Positions 1-10,269 of a stretch of 64,000 nt of DNA are shown piece by piece. Position 1 is the first letter of the stretch; each line of letters begins with the position of its first letter. Below the pieces are notes generated by a model. The model was not told where the DNA came from, searched no databases, and saw only the letters and a list, made by a program, of their open reading frames with translations. The DNA is from a virus. Made by a program: the position numbers and the translations under genes. The stretch covers positions 1 to 64,000 of IMG/VR virus record IMGVR_UViG_3300033233_000019; one strand, given 5' to 3'.

Positions 1-179
1 CGGTGACACTGCCAACACAGCGTGATCAGATTGTCGAGCCTGTCGCTGCCCTGATGTGACCGATAAACGATATGATGGACGTGCAACCCGTCTGTCCATT
101 GGCACGAGCGGCACTTCCAGCCGTCTTGTTCCATTACTTCCCGGCTAGTGGTTTGACTCAGCACGCCGCATCCTTTCAT
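1..179 (-). CDS. HNH endonuclease (partial, runs off left end; absent from ORF track)
   Basis: Manual translation from ATG at 179: MKGCGVLSQTTSREVMEQDGWKCRSCQWTDGLHVHHIVYRSHQGSDRLDNLITLCWQCH; CxxC, HH...NL..LCxxCH = HNH signature. Confidence 0.8.
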   Translation of the reverse strand, partial: MKGCGVLSQTTSREVMEQDGWKCRSCQWTDGLHVHHIVYRSHQGSDRLDNLITLCWQCH

Positions 180-358
180 CTGTGAAGTACTCTAACGGGT
201 ACGGCATTTGTTTCCCCGTCAGGTGGCGGTAAGCACGCCTAAGAATGACAACACCTTCTTGATTGGCACGGCCATTGGCAAAGCCGCCCTCACCGCCACC
301 TACCATTTCGGTATATCGTGCGGCCAAAATCCAAGCCGCAGACTTGTCGCCCTGGTCT

Positions 359-784
359 TCAGTCTCCAAAGTATCCTGCCTTTTCCACGGAGTCGAATAC
401 CAACTTCACCCACCCTTTGCCAAGCTGCTTTAGCTTCTCAGTCTCAACGCCTACACACAAGTCTCTCGTAGCTTTGCTTCTCCTGAAACATGCTGTCATG
501 GCGTACCATTCTTCATAAGTGAATAATCTGTTCTTGCCATAATTACAGCGTTTGCAACATACTACACAATTTGATTCAGAATAAGCCAGTTTGCTGTTTT
601 TGCGGTCTAAGTTTACCGCTTGGCTGTTGTGGCTATTAAACGGAACCCACTTTAGCCGGGAGCCACAGTAATGGCATGTTTCAATTTCTGTAAACTCAAG
701 AAACTGCTTGTATGTTAACTCGACTTCGTGTTTTGTGAAAAGCAGCTTATTGTACAGATACTCAAAGGGTCGAAGTTTATACAT
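359..784 (-). CDS. HNH-like (beta-beta-alpha-Me) endonuclease
   Basis: CHYCG...LDRKNSKLAYSESNCVVCCKRCNYGK; paralogous to 21050, 25862 and 55490 ORFs. Confidence 0.8.
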   Translation of the reverse strand: MYKLRPFEYLYNKLLFTKHEVELTYKQFLEFTEIETCHYCGSRLKWVPFNSHNSQAVNLDRKNSKLAYSESNCVVCCKRCNYGKNRLFTYEEWYAMTACFRRSKATRDLCVGVETEKLKQLGKGWVKLVFDSVEKAGYFGD

Positions 785-1569
785 TATACTTCAACCCCAT
801 CAATTGATTTGTCCAGATCGTCTGCGATAGCGGACACGTCTTTGGCATCCACTGCGCCCGGTATCGGATCGTTCTGAGCGTTGTTCAGATACTCGATGGC
901 AATCACTTCTGCGCACCGGGCATCCGACGCCATGATCGCATTGCCCGTCTCCGGGTCACGAGCGACGGCACCGATGTTGACTCGTGCCTTCTCGATGGCT
1001 TGCTGCCACGTGGTTTCCTTGACCAGCCGCTTCATGTGGAGATTAACCCATACTAGCTCGTCTTCACCAGTCAGCCCCTTGAGCGTCTTGACGTGCTCCT
1101 GAATCTCTTTCAGGCTCATGCCGTCGCCCTCGTCCACGAAGCCGATGATGAAGTCACGCATCGGAATCAGCTTGCCGTCTTTGTCTTTGTAGTTTGCAGT
1201 TGGATCGAGCGACGTGATTTCCCGCAGCTTGGCGATTCCAAGCTTCTCATACTCGCTGCGGTCACAGCCGCACTCCGTCATGACTTCGACGATGCGGACT
1301 AAGTACTTGGCACGCTGCCGCTGCATGAGCGTGACGAAGTATTCTTCGGCGGTGTCGAAGCCGTAGCCGACGTAGTACTTCTTGTCTTTGATTTCGTAGA
1401 GCAGTTCCGCGATATCGAACTTGGAACGCTCAAGGGAGCCAATCAGGATTTCCAATTTCTCCCTGATCTTGGTGGATGCGCCAGCTTCGGCCTCACCGAT
1501 GATTGCCGCTTCGTTCTGCGGTACAACGAATACTTCTGCCATATCGTTTATCTCCTGTACTGCAAGCAT
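784..1569 (-). CDS. hypothetical phage protein (true start probably the second Met, MAEVF)
   Basis: 261-aa ORF; sigma70 promoter and AGGAG RBS before MAEVF. Confidence 0.75.
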   Translation of the reverse strand: MLAVQEINDMAEVFVVPQNEAAIIGEAEAGASTKIREKLEILIGSLERSKFDIAELLYEIKDKKYYVGYGFDTAEEYFVTLMQRQRAKYLVRIVEVMTECGCDRSEYEKLGIAKLREITSLDPTANYKDKDGKLIPMRDFIIGFVDEGDGMSLKEIQEHVKTLKGLTGEDELVWVNLHMKRLVKETTWQQAIEKARVNIGAVARDPETGNAIMASDARCAEVIAIEYLNNAQNDPIPGAVDAKDVSAIADDLDKSIDGVEV

Positions 1570-1596
1570 CCTACAGCGTTAGTCGCCGTCTGTCAA
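1568..1596 (-). promoter_or_regulatory. sigma70-type promoter
   Basis: TTGACA-17bp-TAGGAT with extended TG. Confidence 0.7.
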
Positions 1597-1787
1597 GTTA
1601 CTTTAGTTTCGGCCTTGGCGTCGTCCTTGGCTTTCTGTACAAGGTAATCGGTGCGTGCCTCGTCCATCAAGATTGCTTCTTCGTGCTCCTGCTTGAGTCC
1701 CGGCGCATTCTTGGAGTTGCCGAACGCAGACTTACGGGTCTTGGCTCCAACCCAAACTCCAAATGTGTTAGGTGGTGCGTCTTTCAT
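1593..1787 (-). CDS. small hypothetical protein
   Basis: AAGGAG RBS; promoter TTGACA-17-GATACT at 1809-1837. Confidence 0.65.
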   Translation of the reverse strand: MKDAPPNTFGVWVGAKTRKSAFGNSKNAPGLKQEHEEAILMDEARTDYLVQKAKDDAKAETKVT

Positions 1788-1833
1788 GCTGTTCTCCTTA
1801 ATAACTAAAGTATCTCACACTCCTGAACATTTG

Positions 1834-2382
1834 TCAAGAGCTTATTGTAATACCTAATTTTAGATAATCGGCAGCCCTTTGAACAAAATCTGCAAACCTC
1901 GTTTTTCGTGAGCCTTTTTCAAAGAACTCACATACTTTTCTGAAGAGTACACCTTGTAGAATTTCATCTGTTCGTGGTCTTGGTTTAGTATCGGTCTGTT
2001 CAACCCATTCCTTCGTTCGTTGAGCTATTTCCCTTGGGTCGCTCGTGAATGCGGTGGTTTCTATAACGTGTTTTAATGTTTGTGTGTCGTTCAAGTTAAG
2101 TCCTGATTTTTTTAATTCCTCAAGAACAGGCTTTGGCAAATTACGTGCTTGACGAAATGCTACTCTGTACTGCTGAATAGTTCTTGCGCTAATTCGACAT
2201 TTATCAATAAGCTGACTCTTGTAACTATTCGTCGTTAGACCTTCGGGTGGATTCGTCAGAAGCTCTTCTAAAATACCGCCAGCCTCTATGCAGTTTCTCT
2301 TTGTCAATCGCTCACCAAGAACATTTCGCTCGTGGATGCTGCTCAAGTCTTGTTCAAGCTTTATTCTTTCGTTTATTTCCAT
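1834..2382 (-). CDS. hypothetical protein, possibly helical DNA-binding
   Basis: 182-aa ORF overlapping the end of the ABC-GNAT gene in the AT-rich island. Confidence 0.6.
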   Translation of the reverse strand: MEINERIKLEQDLSSIHERNVLGERLTKRNCIEAGGILEELLTNPPEGLTTNSYKSQLIDKCRISARTIQQYRVAFRQARNLPKPVLEELKKSGLNLNDTQTLKHVIETTAFTSDPREIAQRTKEWVEQTDTKPRPRTDEILQGVLFRKVCEFFEKGSRKTRFADFVQRAADYLKLGITISS

Positions 2383-3670
2383 TTTTTTCCTTTATATAAC
2401 CCGGCCCAACAAATTTAGCCATAACTTTTTTACGAAGGTTCCATAACAATGTACCCGCTAACGAAGGTGTATCAATCACGCACTGCTTTAGGTCTTCCTT
2501 TGTCCAACCGGGTTTTAACTGGTTAGCTCCACCGGGATTAACAAATTGTGATGAAGCAAACGGAGCTATCAATTCTCGATTCTCTTTAGCTTCCATAAGG
2601 CTAAAACATTTTGCTTTTGATGCCCATTCAATCGGGGAAAGCGGAACAACCAATCCCACTGGCGGTTTAATTATTAGGTCGTCAACTCGTTTCATCCCTG
2701 CACGTTCAAATACAGGGTTAAATCTTGCCATTGCTGCTACGGTATCGGCGTCGGGGTGTAGTTCTAGGTATTTGCGAACAAGAGCTTGACCAACTCCGCA
2801 TCCTCTGTATGTGGGATGCACCACAACACGAGCAATACGATATTGGCGGCTACCGGGCAATAATTTGCCCACTAGCCAGCCTATAATATCGCCGCCCATT
2901 TCACCGTCGATTGTTGCAGAGAAATACTCTTGTCTTCCTCCAGTGTATTTGCCTTTGTAGTGAAGCTCCCCAAGAGGATGATTTCTGTATGCGTCTTTAC
3001 CGGGGGAAATTTTTCCTCCCGGTGTTTGCTTAGTACTAACATCCGTTTCTTGCTTTACTCTTATCTTGAACGGGGTATTTACAGAAGTCGTTCTCGATTC
3101 TGTTATCCAGCGTGACGGAAATGCTCTTCCTCGCACCACCAAATCAGGCTGAAGGAATGGAATTATATCGTCCTGTGCCGTGACAGCTATTAGCTGAATG
3201 CTTAGCTTTCTCAAAATCTTCTGAAAGCTGAATGATAGTACCTTTGCTGTGATGCGGTCCAACGTCGCTAAGAACTCATCAACGATTAGTAACTTCGTTC
3301 CAGCACACAAGCACGAGTACATTCGCGCTCGTGCTTGTTGGCTATCTGACAACTGATTGTACTTCAACGAGAATAAAGACGCATCGTTCAGTCCAACAGT
3401 GTTAAGTAGTCGTAGAGAAGTTTCATCGTCTATTGCCCATTGGTGCAGCGGCTTGTCTGGTATATTAATCGTGGTTGGTTCACCTAGCATTCGCATGAGC
3501 GTGGATTTCCCACAGCCTGATTCTCCTGTAATCAATACGATTGGAGGAAGCTCATCAGGCAGTTCTACATCTACAACTTTGTTTATCCACCCGTCAGTGA
3601 CACCGAATGCGTCAGCTATATCGGTTGACTCATTAGTGAGTGATATAGTGAAAGATTTTTCATACTTCAT
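2354..3670 (-). CDS. ABC-type ATPase fused to GNAT acetyltransferase (COG2401-like)
   Basis: Walker A GESGCGKST, ABC signature-like LSDSQQAR, Walker B LIVDEF..LD, C-terminal GNAT motif A RVVVHPTYRGCGVG. Confidence 0.85.
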   Translation of the reverse strand: MKYEKSFTISLTNESTDIADAFGVTDGWINKVVDVELPDELPPIVLITGESGCGKSTLMRMLGEPTTINIPDKPLHQWAIDDETSLRLLNTVGLNDASLFSLKYNQLSDSQQARARMYSCLCAGTKLLIVDEFLATLDRITAKVLSFSFQKILRKLSIQLIAVTAQDDIIPFLQPDLVVRGRAFPSRWITESRTTSVNTPFKIRVKQETDVSTKQTPGGKISPGKDAYRNHPLGELHYKGKYTGGRQEYFSATIDGEMGGDIIGWLVGKLLPGSRQYRIARVVVHPTYRGCGVGQALVRKYLELHPDADTVAAMARFNPVFERAGMKRVDDLIIKPPVGLVVPLSPIEWASKAKCFSLMEAKENRELIAPFASSQFVNPGGANQLKPGWTKEDLKQCVIDTPSLAGTLLWNLRKKVMAKFVGPGYIKEKNGNKRKNKA

Positions 3671-4214
3671 AGGTGGTTCCGCTCCAGTTCAATCCCCACT
3701 TAATGTACAACTCGACTCCAAGCTCTAGGCTGTTGATTGTGTCGGGATGTTTGCCCGTTACAGGAAGAATCGAAATATCTTCTGGCGGGACAAACTTTAA
3801 CGTTGATGCAGGTCTGCGTTGTTCGCCTTGAATCGGACGAGCATCGTCTGGCAATGGCCGTCCCATTTTGACAAACCAGTCTTTGACAATTGCGTCCCAA
3901 GATTCCGGCCAATGAATGCGCAAGTTGTAGCCTTTAGCTTTCAGATGCTCAACAAATTCTGACTTGACTGTGCCTGAAAATTTCTTGGAAAGAGTTCCAT
4001 GCACTTTTTCGGTGAGAGTTTTTAGCTCCTGTGCAGCAAGTTCTTCTTCAGTCGCTAAACGCCAAGGATTGCTCAGGGCTTTGTGCCACTGCTTATCTTC
4101 GATGTACCAAAACTCTAAACCCTGTTCGATGATGTTGCCTATCTTAACGATTTGTACAATCTTGTTGCTGAAGCGATTGATTACAAAATCACCGTTTTTC
4201 ATAACTTCCTCCAC
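3660..4214 (-). CDS. hypothetical protein
   Basis: 184-aa ORF overlapping both neighbours. Confidence 0.65.
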   Translation of the reverse strand: MEEVMKNGDFVINRFSNKIVQIVKIGNIIEQGLEFWYIEDKQWHKALSNPWRLATEEELAAQELKTLTEKVHGTLSKKFSGTVKSEFVEHLKAKGYNLRIHWPESWDAIVKDWFVKMGRPLPDDARPIQGEQRRPASTLKFVPPEDISILPVTGKHPDTINSLELGVELYIKWGLNWSGTTYEV

Positions 4215-5269
4215 TGCCTAAAGTTTTCACAATTGGCTTCGTTTGTCAAGTGCTTTATTTCCTTTGTTTTGTTGCCTTTAGATGCCTTGGCTGCGATTCG
4301 TTCAAGCTTCGCAGCTTCCTTAGCAACTCTCTTATCCTCTTTCGCAGCCTCTTTTTCAGTAGCTCTTTGCTCTTTGCGTGCATCGCGTATCGCCTCTCGT
4401 TTGGCTTTCATTCGATTTGTTACTTCGGTATGTGTCCGATGCAAATCGAGAGCATACTTGAAGCCAAGCCAGTCGGCGTTAGCCCAATCCATTTCGCAAT
4501 GCCACGGATCGAATTTGCCATCTTCCTTGCCCAACCGAATGATCCATCGATCATCCAGCTTTTCGCCAGTCTCTTCTTCATACGCTTGTTGATACGCTGC
4601 GGTCTGGTAGAGATATTCCACGTACAGATAATTGGAACTCTTCCAGTCGATCAGACTTTTGCGATTTTTGAACGGAGTCGAGCAACATGTTGGATCATCA
4701 CACGAGTCACAAACCGCAACACCGTCGAGCGTTCCCGCGAACTCGTAATTCCTGCTGTAAATCTTTCGCTCAGTGTAAACCCACCGAACGTTGTGCTGCT
4801 TCATCCAATCGAGAGCAGCTTCCACGCAACTCTTCGCTCGTTCGTCTTCCGGCCAATAGAGCGTTCCGGCTGGCTTGAGTCCAAGCTTGATCTTGATGTA
4901 GTCCTCAAGCCAATTGTGTGCTGCCGAACCTACGTTCGCAGCCTCTTCCAGCTTCTCTTTGTGTGCGGACTTCGCATTCGTAGCGAAGTGATCGAACTCT
5001 TCCAGCGACAGCGGGACTAATACTTCATTCCCGCTTTCGTCAGGCTGAGTCGGAATGATCCGCATCAACTTTTCGTACATCATCTTGCAGCCCCACGGCA
5101 CGAGCGCCGCAGACTTGTCGATGATGTGGCACACGGTTGTCACACCGTCTTTCCGTTTCAGTTCACCGTCCACGACTTCAAAGTATGCATGGATCGGATT
5201 GCCATAATACCGCAGGGTCACTTCGTCGTTGTAAAACTTGTACTCTTTGAACGGGCCAGTAACGATCAA
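4199..5269 (-). CDS. PD-(D/E)XK / Cas4-like exonuclease
   Basis: GSAAHNWLE, E..IYS...AGTLD, IDWKSS, Q.AAY motifs. Confidence 0.8.
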   Translation of the reverse strand: MIVTGPFKEYKFYNDEVTLRYYGNPIHAYFEVVDGELKRKDGVTTVCHIIDKSAALVPWGCKMMYEKLMRIIPTQPDESGNEVLVPLSLEEFDHFATNAKSAHKEKLEEAANVGSAAHNWLEDYIKIKLGLKPAGTLYWPEDERAKSCVEAALDWMKQHNVRWVYTERKIYSRNYEFAGTLDGVAVCDSCDDPTCCSTPFKNRKSLIDWKSSNYLYVEYLYQTAAYQQAYEEETGEKLDDRWIIRLGKEDGKFDPWHCEMDWANADWLGFKYALDLHRTHTEVTNRMKAKREAIRDARKEQRATEKEAAKEDKRVAKEAAKLERIAAKASKGNKTKEIKHLTNEANCENFRQWRKL

Positions 5270-5286
5270 TCAAACCAGTTTCTCGA

Positions 5287-5775
5287 TCACAAGCGACAGC
5301 CGCGTTTCGTCTTCTTGACCAAGCAATCAATCAGTGGATTGTCGTCCACAAATTCCTTGATCAGAGTCTTCCGCATTTCTTCGGTTGTTGGCTCTGTCGT
5401 CTTTTCGCGTTTCTTCCGCTTCGGCTTTGCACCCATTTCAAGAACAGCATCGACAACTTTTTCAGGGTGTCTTTCCGGCTCAGGTTCCGGCGCAGTCTTA
5501 GTTACTGGTTTGCTATTGACCAACTCTACATGCTTAGTCCATTGCTGCTGTCTCTCTTCAAGAGAGTCGATCAGCCGCACGTTGGCAAACTCGACATTGA
5601 CGGTCTGTGGCTTCGTGCCACCGATGGCACCGATGGGACGTATGATCGCTGCGCCCATCTTGGTGAAGCCTTCCAAATAACCTGCACGCCAGCCTTCGGA
5701 ATAGTACCTAACAAGCGTGTTTACAGCAGCTTGCAGGTATTCAGGAATCTCGATACTGATCGTGGGTTTCTTCAT
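5287..5775 (-). CDS. hypothetical protein
   Basis: 162-aa ORF starting 8 nt after the -10 box of a consensus promoter. Confidence 0.65.
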   Translation of the reverse strand: MKKPTISIEIPEYLQAAVNTLVRYYSEGWRAGYLEGFTKMGAAIIRPIGAIGGTKPQTVNVEFANVRLIDSLEERQQQWTKHVELVNSKPVTKTAPEPEPERHPEKVVDAVLEMGAKPKRKKREKTTEPTTEEMRKTLIKEFVDDNPLIDCLVKKTKRGCRL

Positions 5776-5783
5776 GCTACACC

Positions 5784-5812
5784 ATTCTACACCCGTTTAC
5801 TGATCCTGTCAA
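5784..5812 (-). promoter_or_regulatory. sigma70-type promoter
   Basis: TTGACA-17bp-TAGAAT with extended TG. Confidence 0.75.
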
Positions 5813-5815
5813 GCC

Positions 5816-6013
5816 TTATTTTCTGCGAGGCTTTGGCTTGAACCGGAAGTTTCCCCGGCCTTTGTTGTTTTCCAATTCGTAACCCTTTTCCCACGCCGAC
5901 TTGTATGGCTCGTCTTTGTAGGGGTTGTCGATGAAGTTAACACCGATGCGGCACGCAACGCGGCCAGCTTCGATGAATGTACTACGCGGTTGAAGCTTCT
6001 CTTGATCTGTCAT
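5816..6013 (-). CDS. small hypothetical protein (NPY...W..GY motif)
   Basis: 65 aa, GGAG RBS, in operon. Confidence 0.6.
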   Translation of the reverse strand: MTDQEKLQPRSTFIEAGRVACRIGVNFIDNPYKDEPYKSAWEKGYELENNKGRGNFRFKPKPRRK

Positions 6014-6014
6014 T

Positions 6015-6626
6015 TCACTCTCCTGTGTCTGCTGCCAGTCTCTTCCGTTCTTTCTCTTCCTGCTCCCTTACTCTGCTGTTCACTTCCGCCAGCTTGGGAC
6101 GCGGTATCGGGTGCGTCGAGAAGTCTACGCGCTCCCATCCTGAATAGTTGTGACCTTGCTTCACGAAGACATGCAGCGGACACGGCTTGCCTTCGTAGCG
6201 CGACAGCGGACCACAGCAGCGGTCAACGTAATTGACTTCTAACAGGCCGACGCATACAGCTTGCGGAGCAAATTCTTTGATCGCCGCGACGATTTTGTTC
6301 GCGGTGTTGCCACTGCAAATCAAATCGTCCACGATGATATATCGTTTACTGGCTTTGAAGCCCTCAACATGATGGCAGCTATGAGTCGAGTCTTTTCCGC
6401 CAAACTCGCATTCCTTCCGAACAGCGAGAAGCTCTTTGCCCATTGCCAGCGCCAGCGGAGCAGCAATTAGCGAACCGCTAAGACCACGGAACGCTATCGC
6501 ATCGAAAACGTGAAGCGCCAGAGCCTTCCGGCAATTGTCCAACGTGGTCTGAAGATTGTTGCGACGGATCAAAGGCTCAAGGTAGCTCGTGTGCTCCCAC
6601 TTGGAATCTTCCAGATAGTCGCTCAT
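6015..6626 (-). CDS. phosphoribosyltransferase-family protein
   Basis: PRPP-binding loop YIIVDDLICSGNT; start moved to MSDYL (ATG overlaps upstream stop). Confidence 0.8.
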   Translation of the reverse strand: MSDYLEDSKWEHTSYLEPLIRRNNLQTTLDNCRKALALHVFDAIAFRGLSGSLIAAPLALAMGKELLAVRKECEFGGKDSTHSCHHVEGFKASKRYIIVDDLICSGNTANKIVAAIKEFAPQAVCVGLLEVNYVDRCCGPLSRYEGKPCPLHVFVKQGHNYSGWERVDFSTHPIPRPKLAEVNSRVREQEEKERKRLAADTGE

Positions 6627-6818
6627 GGCTGTGTCCGATACACCTTTCTGTTTTGAATGTGAATTGTGAACTTCAAAAAGTTGAACCCGATACCAAAAGC
6701 TTTCTCTTTCCAACCCCACACATAGATATTGGGAATCAGGAACCAAACACGGTCACGGTGCCACCACCAAACCAAGTCGTAATATTTACGAATTTTCTTT
6801 TCGTGAAGTTTACCCATG

Positions 6819-7355
6819 TCAGTCTCCTAATGCAGCGAATGCTGCGTTCGTAGCCTGTTGATCATCGACCTTTAGATATTCGCCCGTGCTGCTGATCGAC
6901 TTGTGTCCAAGCATCTGACGGACGTTCTCGATGCCAGCCGTGTGAATCGTAAGCTGTGCCAGCGTGTGCTTCAAGATGTGAGGATGGCACAAATGCTTTG
7001 GGATCGATGCAATCCGGCCAAGCTTCTGCACGATCTGCCACGCACGCTTGCGGGTGATGCTAAACAGCGGTCCCTCTGGATGGGCGTGACACCATGCTTC
7101 CAGAGCAGTCTTCTCATCGAACAGAGGATCGCTGGTATGCCTGAGTGCCTGAGTAGTCTTCATGCTGCCCTTGAGACGTTCGACAGTCACGAACCCATCG
7201 ACAACGTTAGCAGCCGTTAGCCCGTCTTTGCCCACGATTTCGCTGACGCGCAGCCCATGAGTGAAGCTTACAAGCAGCATCAGCCAATCGCGCTCCGACA
7301 CCTTGCGTGCTTCGGTCAGCAGCCGGGTCAACTCGTCTTTGGTCAAATGTTCCAT
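6819..7355 (-). CDS. minimal tyrosine recombinase (FimB/FimE-like, catalytic domain only)
   Basis: HGLRVSE (Arg), RLKGS (Lys), HPHILKH, LGHKSISSTGEY (His, Tyr). Confidence 0.85.
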   Translation of the reverse strand: MEHLTKDELTRLLTEARKVSERDWLMLLVSFTHGLRVSEIVGKDGLTAANVVDGFVTVERLKGSMKTTQALRHTSDPLFDEKTALEAWCHAHPEGPLFSITRKRAWQIVQKLGRIASIPKHLCHPHILKHTLAQLTIHTAGIENVRQMLGHKSISSTGEYLKVDDQQATNAAFAALGD

Positions 7356-7361
7356 ACAAAG

Positions 7362-7390
7362 AGTGTCTCACGGTTCCAAAATCTTGTCAA
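7362..7390 (-). promoter_or_regulatory. sigma70-type promoter, likely leaderless recombinase mRNA
   Basis: TTGACA-17bp-GACACT; ATG 6 nt downstream, no SD. Confidence 0.55.
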
Positions 7391-9213
7391 CTAAATCAGC
7401 ACGGCCCCGAAAAATAAAACCGCGATTGCGAACGCCGCCACACAGATCAGGAAGATGATCATGGTTATGCCTTGAGCAATAACCGATGAGTACATGGCTT
7501 GATGGACAAGCATGTGTCGGGGTTGACTGGCAACGGCGGCAGCGGTACTTCCGGTTGCGGGTCAATCTCAAACGTTGGTGCCGGGTGAGGAATGTCTTTG
7601 TCGTCTTGCTTCGGCGTGTCCTGTGCCGCAAACGGCACGCATAACATCAGCAACAGCACAAATGTTTTCGTAGTTCCTCCCAATATTGTTTAACAGAACC
7701 ACCCTGCCGCTCCGCGTGAGCGTCGAGTTTGTTAGCTCCTGCCTCCTGATTAGCCGCCCATTGGCGGGATCAGGAGTGACAGGCTAACCGTATCTGAAAG
7801 TAGCCACGGTTCATGGTTAGTTTTCCTCCGGGTCATACAGGACAACAGCGTACTGCTGCTCTTCCGGCAATGACTCATTGGGTCGCCATTTCAGGTAGAC
7901 TCCCCGTTGCGCTAATACTTTCGCTTCGGGGATGCTTACCCGCTTCTCTTCGGCTTTCTGCTCAATGTCATTCATGTGTTAGTCTCATTTGTATAAAGTT
8001 TTATTTGTCTATTGTCTTCATGTAGATGGTTGCAGTCCCACCGCCCTGACTTTGATGGTCAGGGTACTACTGACAGAGCAGCCGCCACAAATCGCGCCTA
8101 GAGTGCCAGCACCGCCGCAACTGCTAGAGGTATTCGCCATTTGCTTCTCCTTTCTACTTCACGAAGTACGTGTAGTTTCCATTCGCTTCTTGATTCCATT
8201 TGTTGATCAGCATCAGACCTTCGACGACTGGCATCCAGCCCATGCTTTCGGACAGGCCAATCTCTTTCAGGTGATGCGTGGTGAAGTGCAGCGTCTCGAT
8301 CAAACCGGACGCATTGACTCGACGATAGTACTTCATGCCAAGTGGATTCATCGTTGCCTCCATTCGTCAATTTTGAACTCAAGCCAGTTGATCAAGCATC
8401 GAAGCTTGCAGCAAACAGGCTGGTAATATTCGTCTCTCAGCCAGTCACAAAATTGTCCGACTCCAAGTTCTGTCGGACTGCCGCAAAATCGGCAAGGTTT
8501 AATCACTCTGCCTCCAATGACTGCTTGACTGCCGCGATTGACGGGAAGGTTTCGCCCTGCGCTCCGCTGTTTGTGATATATGCGAAGCCGCCAGTAACCG
8601 GACGAATTTCGCCTACTGTCTTGCCCGACAGTTTGACTTCGACCACGACTAACTTGTGGTTGTAGTTGATCACTTTGTCTCCGGTGTCTCTTCGGCCACA
8701 CGCTGCTCAAGATAGTCTAGCACATGCAGCGCAGTTTCGATGGGCAGCATCAGGCTATTGTAAATCAGATAGCCTGTCCTGTAAGCGGCCTTGTAGCCCT
8801 TGAGCCACAGGTCGTAGGCGTCTTTCGCATTCTTCAGGTTGTCCATGTCTGGCATAGTCTCATATTCCTTTCCGTTTGTCAAGCTTTTTCTTCGTCGCTG
8901 ACCTTTTTTATTAGCGCAGCGATAATCTGATGCGCCTGTTTTTCGGCTTCGTTCGACCAGCCACCATAGCATTCACTGCAATGGTACGTCGTGTACAGAT
9001 AACGGCTGATGTGCTGAAGACATTCCTCTCCGGTCTTTGCGTCATACTTCCGTTTACGCAAAGTTCTCACCGGAGCGCAAGCGTGCAACCTTGATCACAG
9101 CCTTGCACAGTTCGACAGGATCAACATCAATCCAGTCTTCGGAAGGGGTCTCAAGTTCGTCTGCTACTAACTCGACGAACTCATCGGTCACTTCAACATC
9201 GAGATTCATCATT

Positions 9214-9537
9214 TCATTTCTCCCTTATCCAGCATTTCTGACCTGAGTAGCAGACTTCAACGCTGTAGACTTCGATTCCCTTGGCTTGCGCCAGTTGCAC
9301 TAACCGCGCCGCCGCGTACTTGACTTCGCTCTCCTGCACGTCGTAGATGTGCTCGACGATTTCGTCGCCTTCTGGTCCGTTGCTCAAGAGTGACAGCCAG
9401 TACAGCCGCGCACGAACGATTCCTAGCCCAATTTCATTGGCCCACTTCGACGACTTCTCTGGCCGCACTTCCAGCCCGTCAGGGCCAATGTAGACTTCCA
9501 TCGAAATCGGAGTACCGTCTTTGAGTTTGTTGTGCAT
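9214..9537 (-). CDS. hypothetical protein
   Basis: 107-aa ORF with GAGG RBS. Confidence 0.6.
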   Translation of the reverse strand: MHNKLKDGTPISMEVYIGPDGLEVRPEKSSKWANEIGLGIVRARLYWLSLLSNGPEGDEIVEHIYDVQESEVKYAAARLVQLAQAKGIEVYSVEVCYSGQKCWIREK

Positions 9538-9668
9538 GATCTAAGTTGTACCTCAGTTCTGCATGTTCGACTGAATGTCGTAGACAAAATCGGCCAGAAA
9601 TCTCTTGACTCTGCCCGATCTGATCCATGCGTAAATGCGCGGCGATGGTGGACACTTCCTGAGTTGTC

Positions 9669-10055
9669 TCATTGTGTCTCCGCAATCATTGGATGCACGG
9701 TGACAGCCCCGACACCGTATGGCTTCAGGCCGGCTAATCGAGCAGCCCCTTCAGACAGATCGATCACCCGGTCAGGATGATGGTATGGCCCACGGTCAGT
9801 AATCGTGACGATCACCATCCGGCCATTAAACGATACGAGCGCCCGTGTGCCAAGCGGCAGGACACGCGAAGCCGCCGTGAGTTTCATCCTGTCGAATCGC
9901 TTCCCATTCGCCATTGTGCGACCTTGATGAAACGTGCCGTACCACGATGCGTTGCCAGCCTGATCTTGAATCCTATATTTTTCAGCCGCCGACGCGGTTA
10001 GCGCCGTGAGCATCACGAATCCGCACAGGCAATTGCGAAGTGTTTTCATGTTCAA
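9669..10055 (-). CDS. rlpA: RlpA-family (DPBB) lytic transglycosylase with signal peptide
   Basis: GNASWYG...RTMANGKRFD...TAASRVLPLGT...ITDRGPY...IDLSEGAA; promoter TTGACA-17-TAGGCT at 10085-10113. Confidence 0.9.
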   Translation of the reverse strand: MNMKTLRNCLCGFVMLTALTASAAEKYRIQDQAGNASWYGTFHQGRTMANGKRFDRMKLTAASRVLPLGTRALVSFNGRMVIVTITDRGPYHHPDRVIDLSEGAARLAGLKPYGVGAVTVHPMIAETQ

Positions 10056-10269
10056 AGCCCTCCGTATTTGGACGTGCTATTCTCAGCCTAGCAAACCCGG
10101 AAATGTTTGTCAAGTAAATTCTTGCCTCCGCCCCTTGGAAAAAGCACCGATTAATTCCGCATATTACTTTGGTCATTACAGGAGCCACGGCCAGCCCATG
10201 TGCGTTTACCAGTTAGTACCGTTAGCCCATTAGCGTATCACTAATAAGTTATTAGTGAAGTAGTAAACA

